Shown here: positions 27,295 to 36,094 of the stretch, piece by piece | Layout of the letters: the number at the start of each line of letters is the position of its first letter | Numbering within the stretch: position 1 is the first letter of the stretch | Origin: a virus | Direction: 5' to 3' (one strand) | Length of the DNA: 64,000 nt | Virus record (IMG/VR): IMGVR_UViG_3300043427_003501 | Span: 8,548 to 72,547 of that record | Notes under the pieces: model-generated | Seen by the model: the letters and a program-made list of their open reading frames with translations, nothing else | What the model was told of the DNA's origin: nothing | The model's database searches: none | Program-made: the position numbers and the translations under genes

Positions 27295-28899
27295 ATGGCA
27301 ACTGTACTGAAACCAGGCGAATCCTTCGTCATTGACCCGGCATCTGCTGGAGGCTCAATTGCGCCGATGACGGACGATCAGAAGCTACTTCGACGCTTGA
27401 TTGAGCGCCGACACCCCGACTACGCGGAAAAAGTAGCACATTGGGACTTTCTTGAAGACACCTATGAAGGTGGACGAGAGTGGTTTACCGACAACATCTT
27501 CCGCTACATCAAGGAAGGTGACACTGAGTTTGCAGACAGGCTGACTCGAGCCTACCGATTCAACCACTCTCGCGAAGTGGTGGACTTGCTGAACAAGTAC
27601 CTGTTCAAGCAAAACATCCAGCGCAACGAGACAGATGCGCCCGAATCGGTTCGCCGCTTCTGGAAAAAGGCAACTCGCAACGGTCTGGGGATCAAAGACT
27701 TTTCGCGTCAGATTTCCAAAAAAGCGTCAATCTATGGCCGCATTGGTATCGTGATTGATACCAACAACGGCCAAAACGGCGAACTTGTAATAACAAAGGC
27801 TGACGAAAAGCGGTCTGGCGTATCGGTCTATGCTTACACGGTAGGGCCGGAACAGTTGCTGGACTACGCTTTTGACGAACAGGGCGCTCTGGAGTGGATT
27901 TTGATCCTCGAGAACGTGCGTGACGCCATCGATCCCATGAATTCGTCAGGCGACGAGAAAGAGCGCTTCAGGCTCTGGACCAAGACTGAGTGGCGACTGT
28001 TTGAAGAGGTCAAGCAGGGTCGAAAGAAGGTCGTTGTTGAAGTCGCAAGCGGCGTTCACGGACTGGGTATCGTGCCGGTTGTGCTGGCCGACAACATCAT
28101 CTCCGACGAAGAATACTGCGCGCAGTCGCTGATTGACGAAATTGCGTACCTGGATCGAGCCGTTGCCAATTACCTCTCGAACTTGGACGCCATCATTCAG
28201 GATCAGACTTTCTCGCAGCTGGCCATGCCGGCGCAGAACGTGCTGCCGGGTGAAGACAACTACACCAAGCTCACCGAGATGGGCACCAAGCGCATCTTTC
28301 TGTATGACGGGGAGGGCGGGGCTCAACCCTTCTACCTGTCTCCCGATCCAAAACAGGCACAGATGATCCTGGCGGTGATCAACAAGATCATCTCGGAGAT
28401 TTACCACACGGTCGGACTGGCAGGCGAGCGCACCAAGCAAGACAACGCCGTAGGTATCGACAACTCATCCGGTGTGGCCAAGGCATACGACTTCGAACGA
28501 GTCAACGCGCTTCTGGCAGCCAAGGCGGATTCGCTGGAAGTTATCGAGAACAAGATCACGGCCATTGTGGCTCGATGGAGTGGCGAAGACGGGAGTATCG
28601 ACTCCGATCTGGTGACTTACCCTGACGATTTCGACACCCGTGGGCTGTACGACGAGTTTGACATTGCGGCTCGACTGATGTTGATTGGAGCACCTGATCC
28701 GATTCGTCAGGAGCAGATGAAATCGGTGTTGGACAAATTGTTCCCGCAACTTGCTAAAGACTTGCGGGCAAAAATGGAAGCGGAGCTGAAAAAGTGGCCG
28801 CCCGATCCGGCAGAACTGACGCAAAGTCCAGATGGACCCAAAAGCGCAGTGAAGCCCAAAACGAATCAAGGGGCAGTCGGCCCTGAGAACGGAGAGTAA
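27295..28899 (+). CDS. portal protein
   Basis: Size and position after terL; RHPDY...YEGG, VPVV, SGVAKAYD motifs. Confidence 0.85.
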   Translation: MATVLKPGESFVIDPASAGGSIAPMTDDQKLLRRLIERRHPDYAEKVAHWDFLEDTYEGGREWFTDNIFRYIKEGDTEFADRLTRAYRFNHSREVVDLLNKYLFKQNIQRNETDAPESVRRFWKKATRNGLGIKDFSRQISKKASIYGRIGIVIDTNNGQNGELVITKADEKRSGVSVYAYTVGPEQLLDYAFDEQGALEWILILENVRDAIDPMNSSGDEKERFRLWTKTEWRLFEEVKQGRKKVVVEVASGVHGLGIVPVVLADNIISDEEYCAQSLIDEIAYLDRAVANYLSNLDAIIQDQTFSQLAMPAQNVLPGEDNYTKLTEMGTKRIFLYDGEGGAQPFYLSPDPKQAQMILAVINKIISEIYHTVGLAGERTKQDNAVGIDNSSGVAKAYDFERVNALLAAKADSLEVIENKITAIVARWSGEDGSIDSDLVTYPDDFDTRGLYDEFDIAARLMLIGAPDPIRQEQMKSVLDKLFPQLAKDLRAKMEAELKKWPPDPAELTQSPDGPKSAVKPKTNQGAVGPENGE

Positions 28900-28971
28900 T
28901 CTCCGGCCGACAAGAGACTGTCGGTATTTTTAACTCCATGACCAAGCGAACGGTCGGAAAGGTTCTAGACG

Positions 28972-29862
28972 ATGTTTCATCTAACACGAAATGTGGCCAT
29001 GAAGTACCAAGCTCCCGAAAACGGGGGTGAAGGTGGTTCTGGTGGTGGCGGTGGTTCTGGAGACGGCGGTGACGCCGCAGCCGCCGCAAAAGCTGCAGAA
29101 GAAGCCGCAAAGAAGGCAGCTGACGAAGCGGCAGCCAAAAAGGCAGCTGATGACGCTGCCGCCGCAGCCGGCAACAAGAAGCCCACCGATGAGGAGGCTC
29201 GGTTGCTCAAGGAGAGCATGAAGCGCAAAGAAGCTCTTGACAAGGCAAATGCCGACCTCAAGGCTGCTCAAGAGGCGCTCAAGAAGTTCGACGGCATCGA
29301 TGCTGATGCCGTGCGGAAAATGTTGGCCGATCAGAAGTCGGCCGAAGATAAGGCGCTAGAAGCCAAAGGCGACTGGGATCGTCTGAAGACGCGCATGGCT
29401 GAAGAGCACGGCAAAGAGATCACTACGCTGCAAGATCAGATCAAGCAATTGACAGAGGAGCTCGGCAAGACGAAGGGCACCATCAAGGACTTGAGTATTG
29501 GCACTCAGTTCTCTCAATCGAAGTTCATCTCTGACGAGTTGACACTGACGGCAGCCAAAGCTCGAGTGATCTATGGAGATCACTTTGATGTGGAAGACGG
29601 CAAAATCGTTGGCTATGACAAGCCGCGTGGCGCACAGAACCGAACAGCAATTGTTGATCAGTATGGAAACGCCGTTGGCTTTGAAGATGCGCTGAAGAAG
29701 ATTGTCGAAGCCGATCCCGAGAAAGATCATCTGCTGAAGAGCAAGATGAAGCCGGGTGCGGGTTCGGATAGCAAGAAACCCAGCGGTGCTGTAAAGACGG
29801 AAATTCCTACTGATGGAATCTCAAAGATTGCCTCAGGCTTGAAAGGTTTGAAGGTATTTTGA
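28972..29862 (+). CDS. capsid scaffolding protein
   Basis: Coiled coil, GG-rich N-terminus, KPGAGS motif, upstream of capsid gene. Confidence 0.8.
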   Translation: MFHLTRNVAMKYQAPENGGEGGSGGGGGSGDGGDAAAAAKAAEEAAKKAADEAAAKKAADDAAAAAGNKKPTDEEARLLKESMKRKEALDKANADLKAAQEALKKFDGIDADAVRKMLADQKSAEDKALEAKGDWDRLKTRMAEEHGKEITTLQDQIKQLTEELGKTKGTIKDLSIGTQFSQSKFISDELTLTAAKARVIYGDHFDVEDGKIVGYDKPRGAQNRTAIVDQYGNAVGFEDALKKIVEADPEKDHLLKSKMKPGAGSDSKKPSGAVKTEIPTDGISKIASGLKGLKVF

Positions 29863-29877
29863 TTGCAAAGAGAGGTA

Positions 29878-29937
29878 AGTCACGAATGACTTGCCTTTCT
29901 TGGCAATATGTGTTATAGTTCTGCATCATCGGTGACT
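29878..29937 (+). promoter_or_regulatory. capsid promoter flanked by two operators
   Basis: AGTCACGAATGACT, TTGCCT-17-TATAGT, CATCATCGGTGACT. Confidence 0.8.
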
Positions 29938-29989
29938 TAGAGCGACGTAAGAGCCGAGACATTGAATTCAACCTCTGAAAGGAAATGAA

Positions 29990-30901
29990 ATGGCTCTTCT
30001 GAAAGCCGAAGCTGAAAAGCTGTCGAATAACCAGCTCGTCGCTGGCGTGATCGAGCAGATCATCGACCGTGACGACCTGTTCGCCGTGCTGCCCTTCTCG
30101 CAAGTGAATGGCAAGGCATATGTGTACAACCGCGAGAACACTCTGGCTGGCGCTGACTGGCTGGACCCCAACGAGGCGATCAACGAGAGCGCCTCGACGT
30201 TCACTGAGGTCGTGGCAAAGCTGCGTATCCTGGCTGGTGACGTTGATGTGGACAAGTTCCTGCAGTCTACGATGGGCGACACGAATGACCAGATGGCCAT
30301 TCAGATCGCACAAAAGGCCAAGGGCGTTGCCCGTGCCTTCCATCAGACGCTCGCCAAGGGCAATGCGACTACGAACGCCAAGGAGTTCGACGGTCTGCCT
30401 CAGCTGGCTGTGGCCGCTGGTGGCACCCAGACCGTGACTGCTGGTGCGAACGGCGCTGCGCTGACCCTGACGATGCTGGACGAGCTGGTTGACGCTGTGC
30501 CGAACGGCCCGGACGTCATCGTGATGCGTCGTGGCACCATCCGTGCGTTCCGTGCTCTGTTGCGCGCCACTTACGGCACTGACGCCGTGATGCAGCAGCT
30601 GGAGAACTTCGGTCGCCCGATGCTGACCCACAACGGCATCCCCATCATCATGAATGAGTGGCTGGCTTCTGACGAGACTCAAGGTTCCTCGAGCGCTACT
30701 TGCTCGGTGTACGCCCTGCGTCTGAACGAGCTGGACGGTCTGCATGGTCTGTACGGTGGCGGTAGCGCTGGTATCGTGGTCGAGAACATCGGCACGGTGC
30801 AAAACAAGGACGCAACCCGTCTGCGTATGAAGTGGTACACCGGCCTGGCCCTGAAGAGCACCCGCTCTATCGGTCGCCTGAAGGGTGTGACCAACGTGTA
30901 A
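29990..30901 (+). CDS. major capsid protein (HK97 fold)
   Basis: LPF..VNG.AYVYNRE...GDVDVDKF...EFDGL motifs; strong codon bias. Confidence 0.92.
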   Translation: MALLKAEAEKLSNNQLVAGVIEQIIDRDDLFAVLPFSQVNGKAYVYNRENTLAGADWLDPNEAINESASTFTEVVAKLRILAGDVDVDKFLQSTMGDTNDQMAIQIAQKAKGVARAFHQTLAKGNATTNAKEFDGLPQLAVAAGGTQTVTAGANGAALTLTMLDELVDAVPNGPDVIVMRRGTIRAFRALLRATYGTDAVMQQLENFGRPMLTHNGIPIIMNEWLASDETQGSSSATCSVYALRLNELDGLHGLYGGGSAGIVVENIGTVQNKDATRLRMKWYTGLALKSTRSIGRLKGVTNV

Positions 30902-30931
30902 GTTGTGCATCAGTCACGACTGACATAAAAT

Positions 30932-30959
30932 AGGGCGGGTTCAAAAGACCCGCCCTTTT
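30932..30959 (+). terminator. Rho-independent terminator
   Basis: AGGGCGGGT-N7-ACCCGCCCT followed by TTT. Confidence 0.85.
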
Positions 30960-30980
30960 CATTTGCAGGAGAGATAACGC

Positions 30981-31226
30981 ATGAAAGTCAAACTTACTCA
31001 AGCTGGAATGGAGACATACAGCGGTCTGCTGGGGGATGTCGTCTTTCAAGACGGCGTGTCGAGCACAGAACTTAGCGCCGCACAAGTGGCTGCTCTTCTG
31101 AGCATCTATGTGGGTGAAATCATGAATGGTGAAGATTCGGAAGTTGCTGGCGCTGTCGTCGAGCTCGCAGGAGCAGCCAGTGCAGTTGTTGGCGAACCCG
31201 AAGTTGAAACAGAGGAAAGCGAATGA
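30981..31226 (+). CDS. virion-module protein, paralog of next gene N-terminus
   Basis: MKVKLTQAGMETYSGLLGDVVFQDGVS. Confidence 0.7.
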   Translation: MKVKLTQAGMETYSGLLGDVVFQDGVSSTELSAAQVAALLSIYVGEIMNGEDSEVAGAVVELAGAASAVVGEPEVETEESE

Positions 31227-31678
31227 AGTTGCGCCTGACTCAAGCAGGGTTCGAGAACTACACCGGCCAGATGGGCGTGGTGTGGTTCGAGAACGGCCTA
31301 TCCACAACCGATGTTCTGCCAATTGACGGCATTCGTATCTCGGCGGCTCTTGGAGCGGTATGGGATGACGGGTCAGCCGCAAACGTAGGTCAGATGTACC
31401 TCAACAACATGGAGGTACCTGCGTTCGTCGGCATGGCAGACAACCAGGCAAAGGCACCCGAACCCGTGGCGCCTGTCGAGACCGTAAAGCAAGCGCTGGG
31501 AGAGCCCGACGGCGGTCTCGTCACCTACACCGAGGAAATGCTGGCCAAGATTGCCGACGAGAAGGGCATTGGCGGCGTGCGGGAAGTGGGCGACAAGTTG
31601 GGAGTCAAGGGAACTTCCATTGTCGGTCTGATTGCCGCAATCCTCAAAGCTCAGGCATCTCAGCCTAAAGCGGAGTAA
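31223..31678 (+). CDS. virion-module protein with helical C-terminal domain
   Basis: MKLRLTQAGFENYTGQMGVVWFENGLS. Confidence 0.7.
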   Translation: MKLRLTQAGFENYTGQMGVVWFENGLSTTDVLPIDGIRISAALGAVWDDGSAANVGQMYLNNMEVPAFVGMADNQAKAPEPVAPVETVKQALGEPDGGLVTYTEEMLAKIADEKGIGGVREVGDKLGVKGTSIVGLIAAILKAQASQPKAE

Positions 31679-31684
31679 CGGCAT

Positions 31685-32536
31685 ATGGCGCTCGACGTCT
31701 TTCTAGTCAACACCGAAGTCACGCTCGCCATCGATCTGGTCGATGACGCAGGCAATGCGCTGACTGTAGATTCGGTAGCCTATCGAGTCGTCGATCAAGA
31801 TGGCGTAGTAAAGGTTGCCCAAACCAACCTCACCACGTTTACCGCTGGCGACCCGCAAGCGACTGTAATTGTGGCAGCCAGCGTCAATCAAATGGCGCTG
31901 GGCAACACCCGTGAGATCAGAAGCGTCGAGCTAATCTGCGACACCGAAAGTGGGACGATCGGCTTTGCGAAGACTTACGGGCTGGAGACTCTTGCGCCCC
32001 TAGTCACGGGCGCCAACAGCTTTCAGACTTTTCCGATGGCTGAGCTTACAGCGATGGATATGCCCAACCTCGACGGTTGGGAGAGCGCATCAGAGCAAAG
32101 CAAGGTTCGGGCGCTCATCGACGCTCGTGAGCACATCTGCCAGCTGAACTTCAACCTGTTGAACTCCAACGCAAACTTTGGCCAGGACCAGCTCGCATAC
32201 GTTCCGGAAGGGCAATACCAGTCCTCTTACGTGGCGCAAAACAGCCTGTTCATCTTCAACGGCGATCTGGGCATTCTGAATGAAACTCAGTACGCCGCAT
32301 TGCCAGACCGTTTCAAGAAGGCGTTGCGTCAGGCTCAGGTTGCTGAGGCAAATGCGATTCTGGGTGGCGACAGCAATGAATCGCGCCGTCAAAGCGGCAT
32401 CATTGAAGATGAAATTGGCGAATCGCGCCAGAAGTATCGAGACTCAAAACCGCTGCAGCTGCCGGTATGCCGTCGAGCTCTCGGCTACTTGAGTGGCTAC
32501 GTCACCTTTGCCAAGCGTATCGGTCGTGCGGGATGA
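31685..32536 (+). CDS. head-tail adaptor with N-terminal beta domain
   Basis: Position; GANSF...W...K.RAL..A...LP...AQ..EA pattern. Confidence 0.65.
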   Translation: MALDVFLVNTEVTLAIDLVDDAGNALTVDSVAYRVVDQDGVVKVAQTNLTTFTAGDPQATVIVAASVNQMALGNTREIRSVELICDTESGTIGFAKTYGLETLAPLVTGANSFQTFPMAELTAMDMPNLDGWESASEQSKVRALIDAREHICQLNFNLLNSNANFGQDQLAYVPEGQYQSSYVAQNSLFIFNGDLGILNETQYAALPDRFKKALRQAQVAEANAILGGDSNESRRQSGIIEDEIGESRQKYRDSKPLQLPVCRRALGYLSGYVTFAKRIGRAG

Positions 32537-33207
32537 CTTACGATCAATTCGGCATCGATGCTCGGCGCGAGTATGACCTGTTCATATTTGCGTTGACTGG
32601 CCGATATTTGGCTCTAGTTGCTCCTGGAGTATCTCCAACTCCATTCTCGATCAACCAGTTGAAAAACTCTGGAATGGCGCTACGCCAGTCCTACCTTCAG
32701 AGTAGCAAGCTCTCTATTGAGGATTACGTTCGAGCCTACCCATCTGAAAAAGCTCAAGCGCTGGCAAGTGAATGGCAGGCAAAGATTGCTCGCTTCACCA
32801 TGGAAAATATCGCCAGCTTGGTGTTGAAGATGAAGGGAAGAGATCGATCGGAGCTCAGCTTGTTAGGTAATGCGCATGGTGCCGTAGGTCGCCTTCTTCA
32901 GGCAAAGCTAACGGAGCCTCAATACGAGATAACCACGGCAAGTGGTCGTCGCTACAAGGCAAGCCCGTTAATGGAGGCCGAGGCTCGCGACTTCGCCTAT
33001 CGAGTTTGGCTGGAAGCAAACCTGCAAATAATCTCGCAGCAGAGTGATTTGGCCGAGGTGGCTTATACCTCTCCGGAACACGAAGGCAATGGTCGCGTCT
33101 TCTCAATCTCAGGCCAAGATTCTCGCTTCCCTTCTTTCGCCGAGATCAAAGACCAAGTCTTCCATTACAACGCCACCGCAATGGTGAAGCCCCATGTTCT
33201 TTCCTAA
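32533..33207 (+). CDS. hypothetical head-morphogenesis protein
   Basis: ATGA overlap; position; VFHYNA C-terminal motif. Confidence 0.55.
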   Translation: MTYDQFGIDARREYDLFIFALTGRYLALVAPGVSPTPFSINQLKNSGMALRQSYLQSSKLSIEDYVRAYPSEKAQALASEWQAKIARFTMENIASLVLKMKGRDRSELSLLGNAHGAVGRLLQAKLTEPQYEITTASGRRYKASPLMEAEARDFAYRVWLEANLQIISQQSDLAEVAYTSPEHEGNGRVFSISGQDSRFPSFAEIKDQVFHYNATAMVKPHVLS

Positions 33208-33538
33208 CAAAACCTGCATCATCAGCGTAGCTTCCGGCAAAACGGATGTCTATGGCCAACCTCTTCCAGGGCGAAAGGTGTCAGAAGGCTGTGCTGTTGT
33301 GCGGTTGCAACTAAACAATATAAAGACATCGGTTCGTACCGACAGCTCTGCTTCCCGAGGTAATGCAATGGAGCTGGTTACGGACGCTTTGTTGTTGCTG
33401 TCTCGCAACACTGTTGCCAATATTGACGATGTGATTGAGATCGAAGGAGCCAAGCTGCGAGTTATTTCCAAGCACCCGCGATATTCAGTGAATGGAAAGC
33501 TGGATCACTACGAGATTGGCGCAATTACCTGGAGCTAA
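33194..33538 (+). CDS. head closure/stopper protein
   Basis: Size, beta-rich, DVYGQP...DHYEI. Confidence 0.65.
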   Translation: MFFPNKTCIISVASGKTDVYGQPLPGRKVSEGCAVVRLQLNNIKTSVRTDSSASRGNAMELVTDALLLLSRNTVANIDDVIEIEGAKLRVISKHPRYSVNGKLDHYEIGAITWS

Positions 33539-33540
33539 AC

Positions 33541-33933
33541 ATGGACTTGATGCCGATCGCAAATAAGCTGGAATATGAAGGTTTGGGCGTACCTGGCAAG
33601 ACGTTGTTCGTCAATTTCATGCCAATGGAATGCAAAGAGGGAATTTTGCTTCGTAGCCCATTGGCGGGCACAAATGTCGATCATGAGCTTCCGGGGTACT
33701 ACAAGACCGAGTTTTCGCTGATTGTCAGGTCACATCAATTCACCAATGCTGGAGCTTTGGCGCAAGAGGCGATGACGACACTGTGCCTTGCCGAACAGAT
33801 GCTTGATGATCTGTATATCCACTACTTGCGCCCCAAGAAACTACCTGTGGCTTTTCCAGTCTCTGATGGCAACTACTACGAGGTAATGGTTGTCTTTGAG
33901 GTGGTCTACGTAGGCGCAACCTATGGGCATTGA
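33541..33933 (+). CDS. tail terminator-like protein
   Basis: Size and position. Confidence 0.55.
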   Translation: MDLMPIANKLEYEGLGVPGKTLFVNFMPMECKEGILLRSPLAGTNVDHELPGYYKTEFSLIVRSHQFTNAGALAQEAMTTLCLAEQMLDDLYIHYLRPKKLPVAFPVSDGNYYEVMVVFEVVYVGATYGH

Positions 33934-34390
33934 GTTTGGTGGCTTTGAGGAGCTACAGGCTAATATTCGGCAAATAGGCCCACGCGCCGAAAGAGCCGTC
34001 ACGCGCCAGATGCGCTTTGAGGCGTATCGGATGCGAGACCTTGCACGCAAGTTTGCTCCTATCGATGAAGGCCCGCTCGAGGAAGCTATCGAAGTCAAGG
34101 AAGAAGGTGGCGGGCGCGATAGTCGAGGCAGATTTGCTCGCGTGAGTTACACGGTCTATGTGGACACCGACGCCTACGGCTCTCATGGTGCTTTCGTCGG
34201 CGAGTACGCCTACATCATGCACGAGCATCTCGCCCCTTATGGAAGTTACAAGCTCGGCAAGAGATCGCGTGAGAAGCAGTCTGGCCAGTCTGAGATGGTT
34301 GGGGGACGCTACCTGGAACGTGCGGCAGCCGAAGTTTCAGATGGCATCATGAATCGATTGATCGAAGTCACGCGAAGAGAGCTTTACTAA
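33923..34390 (+). CDS. HK97 gp10-like neck/tail completion protein
   Basis: ARKFAPIDEGPL..AI...YAYIMHE...RYLERA. Confidence 0.75.
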   Translation: MGIEFGGFEELQANIRQIGPRAERAVTRQMRFEAYRMRDLARKFAPIDEGPLEEAIEVKEEGGGRDSRGRFARVSYTVYVDTDAYGSHGAFVGEYAYIMHEHLAPYGSYKLGKRSREKQSGQSEMVGGRYLERAAAEVSDGIMNRLIEVTRRELY

Positions 34391-34394
34391 TCTC

Positions 34395-34456
34395 TGGACT
34401 TTGCACAAAGTTTGTGCTATAGTGCGCCCTACCGCTGAAGTCAAACACGACTGACT
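34395..34456 (+). promoter_or_regulatory. tail-tube promoter with degenerate operator
   Basis: TGGACT-17-TATAGT (extended TG); AAACACGACTGACT at 34443. Confidence 0.65.
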
Positions 34457-34482
34457 TCCACCCCTTTGCAAAGGAGTTCCGA

Positions 34483-35349
34483 ATGCCTTCCAGCACCAAA
34501 AATGTGAAACTTGGCGTCTGCCAAGTCTTCTTCGACGGCGTAGACCTGGGATACACCCAAGGTGGCGTCGAGGTCACCGTGTCTACTGAGACCCACAAGG
34601 TCAATGTCGATCAATTCGGCAAGAGCACGATCAACGAATACATTCTGGGTCGTGAAGTCATGGCCAAGGTGCCGATGGCCGAGACCACGCTGGAGAACAT
34701 GGTTGCGATCATGCCTGGCGCTACGCTGACTCAGTCGGGTGGCACCGCCGCTTCCGGTACGATCACTTTCGCGACCTCCGCTTCTGTGGCCAATGACACT
34801 GTGACCGTCAATGGCGTAGTGTTTACCTGCAAGGCCGTTCCCGCGACAGCATACGAGTTCGCTCCTGGCGCCTCGTTCACAGCCTCCGCTCAGAACCTGG
34901 CTGCCGTGCTGCAGGCTTCGACCGATCCCAAGGTTGCCATTGCTTCTTACACACTGGCTGGCGCTGTGATCACCGTCAAGTACGGCTCTGAGCTCCAGTA
35001 CGGTACGACCGGCAAGCAAGGTACTGAAGGCAACAGCTTCACGCTGGCAAAGAGCGGCACCAACGTGACCGTGTCTGGCGCGACATTGACTGGCGGCGTT
35101 GAGCCCACCTCTGTGTCTGTGGCTGTGAGCACCGGCATCGGTACCGACCTGCTGGCCGTTGCCAAGGAACTGCGCTTCCATCCGACTACCAAGGCTTCGA
35201 CCGACAAGTCTGACGACTTCGCGATTCCCCTGGCGGCCACTGCTGGCGCTCTGACCTTCGCTTACAAGCTGGAGAACGAGCGTATTTACAACGTGGACTT
35301 CATGGGTTATCCGGACTCCACCGGCAAGCTCTTTACAGTGGGTGCATAA
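34483..35349 (+). CDS. major tail tube protein with inserted beta domain
   Basis: NVKLGVCQVFFDGVDLGYTQGGVEV...DQFG; strong codon bias. Confidence 0.85.
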   Translation: MPSSTKNVKLGVCQVFFDGVDLGYTQGGVEVTVSTETHKVNVDQFGKSTINEYILGREVMAKVPMAETTLENMVAIMPGATLTQSGGTAASGTITFATSASVANDTVTVNGVVFTCKAVPATAYEFAPGASFTASAQNLAAVLQASTDPKVAIASYTLAGAVITVKYGSELQYGTTGKQGTEGNSFTLAKSGTNVTVSGATLTGGVEPTSVSVAVSTGIGTDLLAVAKELRFHPTTKASTDKSDDFAIPLAATAGALTFAYKLENERIYNVDFMGYPDSTGKLFTVGA

Positions 35350-35382
35350 AGTAGTTCACAACTGACTCACCTGCTGTAGAAT

Positions 35383-35408
35383 AAGCCTCGCCTAGTGCGA
35401 GGCTTTTT
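35383..35408 (+). terminator. Rho-independent terminator
   Basis: AAGCCTCGC-CTAGT-GCGAGGCTT followed by TTT. Confidence 0.85.
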
Positions 35409-35433
35409 CATTTCTGGAGCTACAAGGAGTCAC

Positions 35434-35763
35434 ATGACGAAACTACTCAATCTGAACCAATTGAGCCCGAAGGAAGTTCGGGAAGTTCAAATTGGAGACA
35501 AGACCTATTCTTTGAAAGAAATGTCCGTCGAAGATTTCATCGAGACGACAAAAGTTGCTGAAGCAATGGAGAGTGAGACTTCATATGCCAAGCAACTGAC
35601 GGCAACAATCACTCTGGTCAAGCGCTCTATTCCGGAGATTGACGAGACGATCCTTCTGAACCTGTCTTTGGAGCAACTGCAGGCTCTGACAGCATTCATT
35701 CGAGGCGCAAGTCCCGAAGAGCTGATCAAGCCTAAGGAAGAGGTCGAGCAGGGAAACGCTTAA
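35434..35763 (+). CDS. tail assembly chaperone (gpG-like)
   Basis: Between tube and tape measure; ends ...QGNA over slippery GGGAAAC. Confidence 0.85.
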   Translation: MTKLLNLNQLSPKEVREVQIGDKTYSLKEMSVEDFIETTKVAEAMESETSYAKQLTATITLVKRSIPEIDETILLNLSLEQLQALTAFIRGASPEELIKPKEEVEQGNA

Positions 35764-36083
35764 AGGGCTTACCGCAAAGAGAGATCGACTTTGGGTTTCT
35801 CTTCTGCGAAGTAAGCCACTTCTACTCGATGTCTTATCGAGAGGTGTTGGAGATGCCGATCAGAGCGTTCTGGCTCATGAGCGGCAATGTGAAGAGAGTT
35901 AGAGCGTACTCGGATGTTCGATCGCTGACGGTCGCAGCGGCAGCTCAGAGTGCGGATGGAATAGAGGAGATCAGAGAAAGACTGGTTTTGGAAATCGGTA
36001 CTGTGATTAACGAGCCGCCAACCGTAGTCGAGCGTGACGAAGCAGGGTTTGCAGAACTGAGAGCGATGGCAGCAGCAATGTAA
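35751..36083 (+). CDS. tail assembly chaperone gpGT-like extension via -1 frameshift
   Basis: GGGAAAC at 35751; -1 frame open and in frame with 35829..36083. Confidence 0.8.
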   Translation, partial: GKRLKGLPQREIDFGFLFCEVSHFYSMSYREVLEMPIRAFWLMSGNVKRVRAYSDVRSLTVAAAAQSADGIEEIRERLVLEIGTVINEPPTVVERDEAGFAELRAMAAAM

Positions 36084-36094
36084 GGAAGCGGAAA

